Under the pieces are notes generated by a model. It ran no database searches. It was not told the origin of the DNA and saw nothing but the letters and a program-made list of their open reading frames with translations. The position numbers and the translations under genes were made by a program. 64,000 bases of DNA, from NCBI GenBank assembly GCA_025558095.1, contig JAIVFI010000021.1:124001-188000 (forward strand), given 5' to 3'. Each line of letters starts with the position of its first letter. Within the stretch, counting starts at the first letter, position 1. Origin of the DNA: Hyaloraphidium curvatum SAG 235-1. Taxonomy: Eukaryota; Fungi; Monoblepharomycota. Shown here in pieces: positions 43,746-54,162 of this stretch.

Positions 43746-46700
43746 ATGGACACCCTCGCCGCCGCGGCGGCCGCGCTGGAGCCCGTCGCGGGCCCAGGTG
43801 CCGGCGGTGACGTCGACTCGACCCCCGCCCCGCGCGCCGCGCCCAAGCCGCGCAGGCCCGCCGCCGGAGCCGCCCCCGCCCGGGAGACGGGAGAAAGGAA
43901 GCGGAAGAGCGCGGGGGAGGGCGAGGGCGGCGCCGCTGCGGGCCCCGTCGCCTCCGCCGGCGGCCTGCAGGGCCCACCGAAGCGTCGGATCGCCGCGACC
44001 AAGCCCCCGTCGGCCAAGGCGCCCGGCGAACCGGGGCGCAAGCAGCCGGCAGGCATACGCAAGAAGGATCTGGCATCGGCCGGTGCTCCGGCAGCCCGCG
44101 GAGGTGCGGCGGGCGCCCCGGACGCGGCGGGCTCGGGAGGCAGCGGAGCGACGCGCAGGAGCAAGGTTGGCGACGCCGTCGTCCTGCACGAGGCGTCCCC
44201 GGGCGGGAATGATGCCGCTGCATCCGGTGCCGGGGCTCGCGCTCGCGGAGGAGGTGCTGGGGGCGACGGCGACGGCGCGCGGACCGGAGCTCCGGCTGGA
44301 GGGGCGCCGGTCAAGGCAGGAACCCCTCCCGGCGGTCAGGAAGCGCAGAATCCTGGCGGCCAGGGATCAGATGGATCCGCTCCCGCGGCAACGGCTGCCT
44401 CGGTCCCTCCGGCGGAGGCTCCGGCTCGACCGACGGCGCGGAAGCCAAAGAGGAAGCGCGCCGCCGAAGACGACGGGGATGCGGAGCGAGCCGGTGCCGA
44501 GCCCGGTGCAGACGGCGCGGACGGAGGCTTGGGCCCCGCCGAGCGCAGCGAGCTCGAGGAGGCGCTCCGTTCCGGCCCCGCCGTGTCGGACGACCTGGAG
44601 CGCCGGGCCGCCCTCGCCGCGGACGAGGCCTGGAAGAACAGGGAGAACAGCGGGACCACGGACAGCATCTACGCCTCGCACTTTGAGCACTACAAGCTCT
44701 GGTGCGGCGGGAACGGCGTGGAGCCCTTCCCCGTCCTGCCGGCCAAGGCGGTGCTGTTCGCCGACTGGACGATGAAGCGGCCGCGCCTCAAGTCCGGCGT
44801 GAGGAAGGGCTCGAAGAAGGGGCGCACGGCGGACCAGGGCCCAGCAACCCTGGCGGCTTTGGAAGAGCTGTTCGTCACGGGCACTCGGATTGGGCCGGGT
44901 GTGGTCGGGGGCGTTCTCAACGCCCTCGAGTTCTTGCGCAAGGCCACGGCCATCGACTTCCCCGAGGCCGATTTCCCGCAGGCCCACCGCCCGCTCCGAA
45001 GCGATCCTCGGGTGACGCGGATCGAGAAGCTCTCGAAGCAGAACAGCGCGTCGCGGCAGGCAAACTCGGAGGAGATCAAGTCGGCCGGCGGCGCGTCCAA
45101 GACCTACAACCAGCAGCAGTACCGCGACGTCGCGGACTACCATCTGCTGCGAGCGGCGAACGGCAAGAAGGCTGCCGTCACGCCGCAGGAGGCCGCCGCG
45201 GGGGTGCGCAACCGGGCACTGCACTTGATCTCGGGATCCTTGGCGGATCGGTCGTCGGACGTGCGCCCGACCGCGCTCTCGGACGTGCAGTTGCGCGAGG
45301 TGACTCTCCCAAAGACTGATCGCATTGTGGAGGTGGGCAGTCAATCTCCGTGGGTCGCGTGAAGCTTCCTAACGCTTGTTTGCCCGCCCAGCTCGGCGTC
45401 ATCCTCGACAACAGCTCGAAAACAAACAAGGAAGGGGAGATCTTCGAGAAGGCGATGTTGCGGAACCCGGACGTCCGGATCTGCCCCATCAACTCGCTCG
45501 CCCTGCACAGCTATGCAACGTACCACATCCTACAGGAGCGGCCCTCGGAGCTTGCCCCCGTTTTTGACGCCAAGAGCCCGCCGTACGGCCGCAGGGACTG
45601 GTACAAGATCCCGCTGTTTCCTGGGAACGGAGAGAAGGGGGAGATCGCGTACAAGAGTGGGTGGCCGCGGACTTCCCGCCTCTCCGTGAACTCACGGGCC
45701 CTTCTCCGCCGCAGCGCACTGGAAAGCAGTCACGGGAGCACACACGGCGCTCGGGCTCTTCGACGTCACGAAGAAGACCCACGCTGGGCGCTCGTACGCT
45801 CCGCGTCGCGCGCATGCCAAGGACTGTCCCGACGAGGACATGATGGCCCTGGGGCGGTGGAGCAACGGCAAGATCTTCCGGGAGCGATACTTGACGTCGA
45901 TGCCGTGGCCGGCGGTCATCGCGACCGCCGACTCCGACGCCTCCAACCCGGCGGCCTACTACGTCCCGCGTGCGCAGCTCGGTGGGTGCCGTCGAATTGA
46001 CACCTGGCGAGGCGCCACTGACGCAGCACGATCGATCGCGTCGATCCTGCAGAGCCGCCTGCGGAGCTCCAGCAACGCATCATGCCTTGGGCAGACGCCT
46101 CGCTCGCTGCGTACAAGGAGCGCCTCGAACTGGACCCGTCCAAGTACCGCGACCCGTGCTGTGAGATGACCTGCAAGAGGTTCATTTTGGAGCGGAAGGT
46201 GCGGGGCGTCCCTTTTCCTCGGTCGTGCGTGCATGCGGGCGGTTGCTGACCACCCTGCTTTACTCTTGCAGATCCTCCTTCAAGACGCCCCGGAGCTCAT
46301 CAACCATTTCGCCCCCGAGTTCAGCAAGGACGGCTACGATGCGCACGCGGACGACGGCCTCCCCTTCGTCTTCAAGACCGAGCTCTTCCTCTCCACCGAG
46401 TACCTGGTATGGCACCGCGAAGCGCTCGCCAAGATCGGCGAGCTGCGCGAGGCCGTGCGCCACGTGGCTGGGCCGAAGGAGTTTGTGAACGCATCGTGCC
46501 GCTCTTTCAGCAGCAGAACCTACTCTTCGGGCGCCTCGAGGAGGCTGTCTCGCGCAAGCCGGACGGGGCGTCGGCAGACCTGCGCACCGCGGTGCGCGAG
46601 GACGTGCGCGAGGACATGACCGTCCTCTACAACACGCTCGTGGAGACCCTCGACTCCACCATGGAGCAGGCCATGGAGCATCTGACCGAGACGGTCACGG

Positions 46701-47569
46701 ACGTGGTGCAGGACGTGTTCCGCAAGGCTGTGCCTTCCTTGGCGGCGGCCCTGCAGGCCCAGGTGCCGGCCGTCTCGGCCGGAAGCCCGGGCGTCTCCAC
46801 CTCCTCCCCTTCGGCCCCGGCCCTCGCCAATCCATCGGCAACGGAGCTCCCGGTGCTCCTTCCCCGCCCGCAGCCCGTTTCCCAGGACGGTGGCGCCGGC
46901 CTGGGTGTTCCCCGCCCCCTGCTTTGCTTCCCCCGGCCTCCGAGCTTTCCCCCCTCCGGAAGCCCGGTCTCCGCCCTTGCTCCGCAGCCCAGCACCTCTG
47001 CAGCTCCCTCAGAACCTGCCCAGGGACCGGCAGCTGCCCCCTCGGCCGGCGCTGCGGCGGCAACGGGCCTCGACGCCGCCCAGGCGGAGAAGCGGGCGCT
47101 GGAGGCGTCGCGGCTGCGGCAAAAGTACGGAGCCAAGCTCCAGGGCATCGACATTGTTTTCCACAACGGGCAGATGGTACCGGCGTACGAGCTTGCCGCC
47201 GGGAAGCTGTCGATCGAGGACGCCTACAACGAGATCTACGTCGGGCGCGATGGCAAGATCTCGGTGGAGGAGCTGGACAGGGACTTTGGGCCCAAGTGGC
47301 GGCGGAACAACAACCGCATCCAAACCGAATACGGAAGGCGGAAAGCGATCAAGGAGGAGCTGGAGAAGATCCGGCGCGGCCCGCCCGCAAAGTCGCCGAC
47401 GGCGGCGCTCCGGGCCCTCAAGGACAGGTTCACGGACAATGGGGCGGAGCTGACGGCGCGGCAGGTGAGCGACCGGCTCCAGAAGGCGGCGCGGGACGCC
47501 GCCAAGGCTGCGAAGGAGGCGGCGGGCGGGGCGGGGACGGGTGCGGCCGCGCAGGGGGCTGCGGCGTGA
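43746..47569 (+). CDS. Crypton tyrosine recombinase, copy 3 (intact)
   Basis: Same ORF set as copy 1 offset by 10852 bp; one visible substitution (A33452 vs G44304). Confidence 0.9.
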
Positions 47570-49174
47570 CGGAAGGCGGGTCTTCTTGGGACATGGGGCA
47601 GTAGCGAGGTAGCGGAGGATCTTTTCGTTCTTTTCCCTGTGTTTGGTTCGGTTCAAGAATTGTAGGCCTCAGAAATCCGGTCAATCCAGTCCAGTCTGCC
47701 AGCGGGCGGCGCCCGCGGGCTCGCAAAACCTCCAGGAGGCCGGCAAGGCCGCCAGTCGCGGGCACCCTGCGCTGGCAAGAGCCGCGCTGGGCTCGTTGTC
47801 CGATTTTGCGGTCCGTTGCCGCGCTGTATCGCGGGGGTAGAGGGGTGGCGGCGAACCCACGGCACTGCCCCCCCACATCCCCCTCCCGCCGGCGGGAACC
47901 CCCGGAAAATCCGAACGGCCAGCGAGTTCAATACCGCGGGCACCTCGAACGGGGATTTGTCCGGCCCTTCGACCCATCCATCCCGTGTTTCGCCTCCGGA
48001 AGAACCGGCGCCCGACCGACGGTCCCCCACATCCCCCCTCCCGCCGGCGACAGCTCCCGGAAAACCCCAACGGCCAGCGAGCCCAATGCCGTGGGCACCT
48101 CGAACGGCGATTTGTCGAGGCTTCGACCCGTCCGCCCGGTGTTTCGCCTCGAAGAGCCGGCTTCCGCCAGACGGCCCTCCCCATCCCCCCTCCCGCCGCC
48201 CTCCGGTCCCTCTGGGAGCTGGTCCAAACCGGTGCAGCAACGGTGCCCGGCCTCGGCGCGACGCACGCCGGCCGGCGGACCCGGCGGCGCCGCGGGAACA
48301 CGGCACCTCCCGCGGGGGGTTCCCGCCCGCGGCCGCAATTGCGGGCTCCCCCACCGCCACGCCCGCCGCCGCGGGCCCGCACGCCGGGGCGCCGCACGGC
48401 CCGACCGGTGCCGGAGTCGCAGCGCCGCGCGGCGGCCCGGGGGGAGCGGCGGTGCGGCGCGCGGGAGCGCGGCCGGCTTCGCCCCTCCGCGGTCGGGGCC
48501 AAACACCGCCGCCGCCGCGGCCGCCGCCGACCACGGCGCCGCGCAGGCGGATCCCGCGGCCGCGCTGCAGGCCGGGCGGGCGGGGGGCGGCGGCCGTGGG
48601 GCAGCGGGGGAAAGGCGGTCCGGCTCCGGGGGAATGTTACACGCCCTGGGTGGGTTCGAGTCTGGCGGGGCCAATTAGAGCTGACCGCGGAACTGGCCGG
48701 GGAATGTTATGCGCATAACATTCCCTGCGGTCAGGGCGGCTAACGATCGGGCGGTCAGGTCTAGTTCAATTAGGCGGCGGTCAGGGGTTTGGGGGCTGAC
48801 CACGGTGCACACACACACGAAAAGCGAGTCGTTCATTTCGCCGCGCTCCCCTCGCCTCGACCCCCGAATCCCCGACGCGAAAAGGTAGCAATTGGTGGAC
48901 GTTGGACCGGCCAGGGCGCAGAGGAACTATCCTCGTCCGTGGACACGAACTAAAGCCAGGAAATACGCGTGCGGATTCAAAGACTCACGAAGGACAGATC
49001 GACTCGGTCGTGACCGTTATTCCCGCCCATCTCCCAGGCCTTCACGCTGCGTGCACACCATTTCGATAGCGAGCAACTAGACTTGTCGTGAAGGGGGTTC
49101 TCAATTGCATTGCCACTGACCCAAAATACACGGAGCTTCGGTCGGATTGCTCATCCGCAGTGAGGCACGTTTCG

Positions 49175-50098
49175 CTACAGATTGGACCTCCTCCGCCGCG
49201 GGATTCCGACGGCTCCGACGCGAGCCAGCCCAACGATCTCCTCCGATGCGAACCCGAGCTCGCCCAACACCTCCTCCGTGTGCTCGCCCAACCCCGGCGC
49301 ACGGGTCGGCGCCTTCCCCGTGCCCTCTTCCCCTTCGACGCGGAACGGGCACCGCACGGTGCTCCCTTTCCCGTCCTCAAACTCGGCAAAGAACCCGCAC
49401 TCCCTGGGCTGCGCGTCCGCCGCGACCGCCCCCGGTCCCGGCAGCCCCGGGCCCAACGAAGGCACACCCGACGGCTCCCCGTTCAGGTCCCCGTGGAGCG
49501 GCGCAGCGGCGGCCCATAGCCCGTTGGCGAGCAGCGCGGTGCTCACGTGCGAACCCTTGCCCGTGCGCTCCCGGTTGTACAGGGCGAGCAGGACGCCGGC
49601 GACGAGGGAGACGGCGGTGGGGTGGTCGCCCGTGCCCGGTATCGGGGAGGTGCGCAGGATGGAAAGCATCCCCGAGCGGGCCCAGTAGGCTTGCGGGTCG
49701 AACCCTGGCGCGTCGGCCTCGGGTCCTCGCTCGCCGTACGCCGAGACCGACGCGTAGATGAGCCGCGGGTTGAGCGCCGACAGCGACGCGTAGTCGATCC
49801 CCATCCGTTCGCGCGACGAGGGCAGCGCGTTGGTCACGAACACGTCCGCGCCCTTCACGAGCCTGCGGAGCACCTCGCGCGCCTCGGGCCGCTTCAGGTC
49901 CAGCGAAATGCAGCGCTTGTTCCTGTTGGTCGTGTCGTACGGGTACGCCCCACTTATGCCGAACGCGGCGCCGCGCCACGGGTCGCCCCAGGGGGGCTCG
50001 ATGCGCACGACCGACGCGCCAAAGTCGGCGAGGAGCGTCGAGGTGGAGGGGCCCGCAATGAAGGTCGCGCAGTCCACGACGCGCAGGTGCGAGAGCAT
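49175..50098 (-). CDS. CoA-transferase family III (CaiB/BaiF), intronless, apparently internally shortened
   Basis: LRVVDCATFIAGP..LLADFGASVVRIEPP.GDPWR, NRNKR.ISLDLK, ADVFVTN, NPRLIYASVSAYG..GP..GFD, APGLGEHTEEVL. About 307 aa versus ~400 typical. Confidence 0.85.
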   Translation of the reverse strand: MLSHLRVVDCATFIAGPSTSTLLADFGASVVRIEPPWGDPWRGAAFGISGAYPYDTTNRNKRCISLDLKRPEAREVLRRLVKGADVFVTNALPSSRERMGIDYASLSALNPRLIYASVSAYGERGPEADAPGFDPQAYWARSGMLSILRTSPIPGTGDHPTAVSLVAGVLLALYNRERTGKGSHVSTALLANGLWAAAAPLHGDLNGEPSGVPSLGPGLPGPGAVAADAQPRECGFFAEFEDGKGSTVRCPFRVEGEEGTGKAPTRAPGLGEHTEEVLGELGFASEEIVGLARVGAVGIPRRRRSNL

Positions 50099-50308
50099 CG
50101 AGACGGAAGGCGACTGCAGATTCGTTGGAAGCTCAGAAACACGCGTTTCGCTCGCTTTCGGCGCGACGCGGCCGAGGTAGTGGACGATGCGTTTCGGGGG
50201 AGACAATGCACGAGTCGATCGCGAAAGCGCGATAGTGCCGGCCCCTCGTTCTCGAAGGAATCTCCCGTCTCCCTGGCCGCGTCCTTCCAGGAAACATCGG
50301 GCGAAAAG

Positions 50309-51270
50309 ATGGCCGCAGCCAACAATTTCGTCGGTGGCCCCGTCAGAGTGGCCTACTGGTGCGCGTCGCGCCTTCCATGACGTGTCTTGTGACAGTCTCC
50401 CGTCCTCACCTCTGTTCCATTCCCTGCCAACCGTACCTTGCGGTCGCGCTTTCGCCTCCCGGCTACCACGGCGGAACGCAGGGACTATCCCATCGCCCGC
50501 GGGAACAATATCCGCCTCGTGCTCGCGGACCTCGGCGGACCTCGGAATCCCGTTCGAAGACGTCGTCCCGGGGACGATCGAGGAGTGGCCCGCGGAAAAG
50601 AAGCGCATCCTCGAAAACAAGATCAACCTCGGCACGCTGCCCTGGGTCGAGCTGCCCGATGGGAGGGTGATCGGGGAGCACCTCGCTTTTCTCCGGTACG
50701 TAGCGAGGAAGGCGGGCGGCGAACTGTACCCCGTTGAGGACCCCGAGAAAGCTTTGGTTGTGGATGAGGTAGCATTTCGCGTTCTTGACGGATCGGAGAA
50801 CGGACCGCCGACCTCCACTGCAGATGCTGGACCTCAACTAGGACTGGAGGCTCAACCGCCGCGAACGCCCTTTCGTTCTCCCTCATCTCCATCGGCTCCC
50901 TCCATGTCATCTCACCCCGTTCTCCTGCAGCTACGAGCGATCCCGCCTCGCCATCCTCGACGTGATCGAGCACCGCTACGCCACGAACCCGTTCCACGGC
51001 CCAGGCCCGATCACCATCGCGGACCACTTCACCTACCAGACCCTCGTCGAATGGCCTCCTGCTATACTTCCAGGGGCGGATGCGAGGTTTCCGGAGCTGG
51101 TCAAGCTCAGGGAGGCGATGAAGCAGAGGCCTGGGATCAAGGCGCTGGAGGAGAGCCAGAAGGGGAGGAGCGAGGCGGTGCCGGAGATGGTCGCCCAAAG
51201 CCAGCCTCATTTGGCGGAGATGTACCGCCGGGTGGTGGGCGAAGACGAAGTCAAGGCACGCGAAGAATAG
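50309..51270 (+). pseudogene. Glutathione S-transferase pseudogene
   Basis: VAYW|DYPIARGNNIRLVLADLGIPFED..GTLPWVE. Frameshifting 10-bp duplication at 50525-50544 and in-frame TAG at 50839-50841 (MLDLN*DWR). Confidence 0.8.
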
Positions 51271-51357
51271 AAGAAAGGTGGAGGCGATACAGGGCACGGC
51301 GCGGGTGGTGCTGAGTCACCGTTTTCCGGACAGCACGAAACCATCGTTCAAGCAAGC

Positions 51358-52473
51358 ATGTCGACCCCTTCCTCCATGCCGTCCGAAGCCGAAACGGTTG
51401 CGGTGGAGGACTCGGAAAGCGGTTCGCGGCTCCCCCCGGAGCTCTATCTCCACGTCTCCTCCTTCTTCAACCCGGGGACACAGAGCCTCCTGAAAATGAT
51501 GCTTGCCTGCCGGGACCTGTACGAGCTGCTGCTGCCGCGCTTTATGGAGACATTCTGCTTGGAATGGCTTCCAGAGGAGACCGCGGAAGAGACGGTCGAG
51601 GAGCTCGGCCCCCGAGGCGCGCTGGGCTTTATCAAGACCATGGACCTCCGCCTCCGGAGCGACCGCCAGTCGGAGCCAGACAGCGGTGACCTTGTTTTCC
51701 CGGACGCCCACGCCTTCGTGCTGCGGCAGAGGTTACCTTCGCTCTCCCGCCTCTCGCTCATTCTGTCCACGGAAGAGCTCGTCAAGGCATTTGCCGTGGC
51801 AGATCTGACGACCGTCGGTTTTCTGGACCTCGACATCGACTCTGGCCCGTTCCTGGACTTCGAACATATAAGGTTTCCATCCCTTCCCGCTCTCCGGGAG
51901 CTCAAGCTCGCCTTGTGGTACGACGCACGTGTCCTTGCGATTTCGGAAGCCGCATGCCCCAACGTCGCAGCAGCCTTCATGAACGTCATGCTCCACCCGC
52001 GCGTGCATCACGCCGCGTCCTTTCCAAATTTCCTCTTGGAACGGACGTCGATTGGACAGCGCATAACGCGGATCTGCTCGGCGATTTCTCCTCGCTCCCG
52101 CACTTTCGTCCGAGAACCCTCCGCTATCGCTTCGGATCCTATGCCCGCGGTGACCTGCACCAGGAGCTCTGGGTTCTGATGCCGATGTGGCAGTGTGGAG
52201 GAGTTGATTGTACCAGTGGAAGAGGGCTGGGGCGACCAGTTCGACATCCTTCTCGCATTCGAATCTGCAGACGGCGTCGGCGGCGGCTTCCCACCCAACC
52301 TCAAAGTGCTGGTCATTGAGCAGCTCAGAGTCTTATTTATCCCATCTGACCTACTTGCCTTCTCCTCCACTTTCTCGGCAAACTCCCCGAGAGTCGAGGC
52401 TTCTAGCCAGAGAGAGAGGTTTCTCGTGTCCTCAATCGTTTTGGCAGCATTGAGGGAATCCTTCATGACGTGA
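51358..52473 (+). pseudogene. F-box/LRR-like gene, apparently frameshifted
   Basis: RLPPELYLHVSSFF..LLKMMLACRDLYELLLP; LRR-like LPSLSRLSL, LPALRELKL. Plausible coding continues in other frames after ~52045 and ~52195 (FPPNLKVLVI). Confidence 0.55.
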
Positions 52474-52851
52474 GCCGCGGCAGCCCTGACGAGTTGGGTG
52501 ATCTTTTTCTTTGGCAGCGCAGTGTCGGCATCGCAAGGGTGCCCAGTAACCTCGGTCGCGCCGGCGATGATCCCGTCGGTAAGCCACGACGGCGGCGACA
52601 TTTCGTTGCCGGAAGAGACGGTACGGGGGTTGACCATGTCAGTCAGGTCGAAGGGCGAGCACACGCCGCGATCTCACGGCGTGCAGAACGCGGTCGAGTG
52701 ACGATAGGGAAGGAGTCGCGGAGGCGCGGGACGGGCCAGGCAGGCCGTGGGCAGGGAACCATCACTTTTGGGGGTCGCGCCGGGGCATATAGCCGGCGGC
52801 TGGGGGCTATCCCTAATCAGCCCCGTTTCCGAGTCAGCGTCCCCGACGGCC

Positions 52852-54012
52852 ATGAGCGCCGACGCGGGGCCGCTCCGCGTGGCGGTGATCGGCGGCGGCT
52901 GGTACGGCTGCCACATCGCGGCGGCGCTGCTTGCGCTGGGCCACACGGCGGTGGTGCTCGAGCGCGGCCCGCGCCTCTTCTCCGGCTCCTCGGGCGCCAA
53001 CCAGTTCCGGCTGCACGCGGGCTTCCACTACCCGCGCTGCGCGCGCACGCGGCGGCAGGTTGCGGCGGCGCTGGGCCGCTTCCTCGCGGCGTACCCGCGG
53101 CTCGTCGCCCCGCTCGCCGCCAACATCTACGCCGTGGCCGCGCGCAGCTCGCTGCTCGACTTTGAGACGTACGCGACCGTGCTGCGCCACGACGGCGGCG
53201 GCGCGCCGTTCGACGTGATCGACCCGGCCGCCGCGGGCCTCGCCGGCGTCGAGGGCGCGCTGCTGTGCCGCGAGCCGGCGCTGCTCGCCGACGCGCCGCG
53301 CGCGCACTTCGAGCGCGTGCTGGGCGGGGCGGTGCAGTGCGGCCGCTCCGTCGCCTGCGTGGCGTCGCTGCGGGCCCCCGGCGGGGAGGCCGTCGGCGCC
53401 GCGGTCGACGGCGAGCGCTTCGACTGGGTCGTCGACGCCACGTACGGGCAGCTGGACGTGCCCGTGCCCCGGCCGGCCCACTTTTTCGAGGTCTGTCTGA
53501 CGCTGGTCTACCGCCGTCTGGCAGAGGGCCCCGCGGTGGCCCGCGCATTCACCATCATGGACGGCGACTTCTGCTCCCTCTTCCCATATTTTTCCGACAG
53601 CGAGGACGCCGAGCTCGACCGGCGCAGGCTGCACACGCTGACCCACGTGCGGCACACGCACCTCGCCCGCTTCGGACGCTTCGAGGACGCCGCGGCGTTC
53701 GCCGCCTCCTTCGGCGAGGCGGACGCCCTGCGGTCGGTGCCCCTGTTCGAGGACGCCATCGTACGGTTCCTCCCGGCCTTCAGGGAGGAGTACCGGTACC
53801 ACTCGTACTTTCTGTCGTTCAAGACCAAGATCCCGGGGCGGACGGACGGCCGCGAGACCGTCTGCACGCACGAGGGCAGGGTCATCTCGGTCATGTCCGG
53901 CAAGGTGAGCACGGTCTTTGTCGCCGAGGACTATGTGCTGGACGTCATGGGGCTCGCGGGCAAGCGCGAACCCGGGAAGGAGGCGGTGGCAGGGGTTGCA
54001 AAGGCGAGCTGA
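52852..54012 (+). CDS. FAD-dependent oxidoreductase (DAO-like), intronless
   Basis: VAVIGGGWYGCHIA, SSGANQFRLHAGFHYPRC, FDWVVDATY, FTIMDGDFCSLFPY, TLTHVRHT, SVMSGKV. Confidence 0.88.
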   Translation: MSADAGPLRVAVIGGGWYGCHIAAALLALGHTAVVLERGPRLFSGSSGANQFRLHAGFHYPRCARTRRQVAAALGRFLAAYPRLVAPLAANIYAVAARSSLLDFETYATVLRHDGGGAPFDVIDPAAAGLAGVEGALLCREPALLADAPRAHFERVLGGAVQCGRSVACVASLRAPGGEAVGAAVDGERFDWVVDATYGQLDVPVPRPAHFFEVCLTLVYRRLAEGPAVARAFTIMDGDFCSLFPYFSDSEDAELDRRRLHTLTHVRHTHLARFGRFEDAAAFAASFGEADALRSVPLFEDAIVRFLPAFREEYRYHSYFLSFKTKIPGRTDGRETVCTHEGRVISVMSGKVSTVFVAEDYVLDVMGLAGKREPGKEAVAGVAKAS

Positions 54013-54162
54013 GGGGAGCGGAAGGGACGTCACCACAACCGATGCAATGTATTTGCGGTAAAGCAAACGTCGCTTGCCGCACCATCGCGACGCACGGATC
54101 GCACCGCACGGCCTCCGCCGCGCACGCAACGTCAACCGGTCGGCGACCCCGATCCGCCGCAG

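Larger units (their letters stand above)
32539..48817 (+). mobile_element. Head-to-tail tandem array of three CryptonF-type tyrosine-recombinase transposons
   Basis: Units 32541-37964 (5424 bp), 37965-43392 (5428 bp), 43393-48816 (5424 bp). Identical junctions GGTGC-ACACACAC-AGAGCATAAT. No long TIRs or LTRs; 3-bp ACA direct repeat at the outer ends. Confidence 0.92.

Noticed and set aside
32541-48816. rDNA array, LTR/DIRS retroelement or CRISPR as explanation of the long repeat
   Set aside because: No rRNA sequence, no RT/RNase H or LTRs, no repeat-spacer pattern; each unit encodes one spliced recombinase.
50099-50818. N-terminal 240-aa extension of the 547-aa CaiB ORF
   Set aside because: It is the antisense shadow of the GST pseudogene; CaiB similarity starts at Met 50098.
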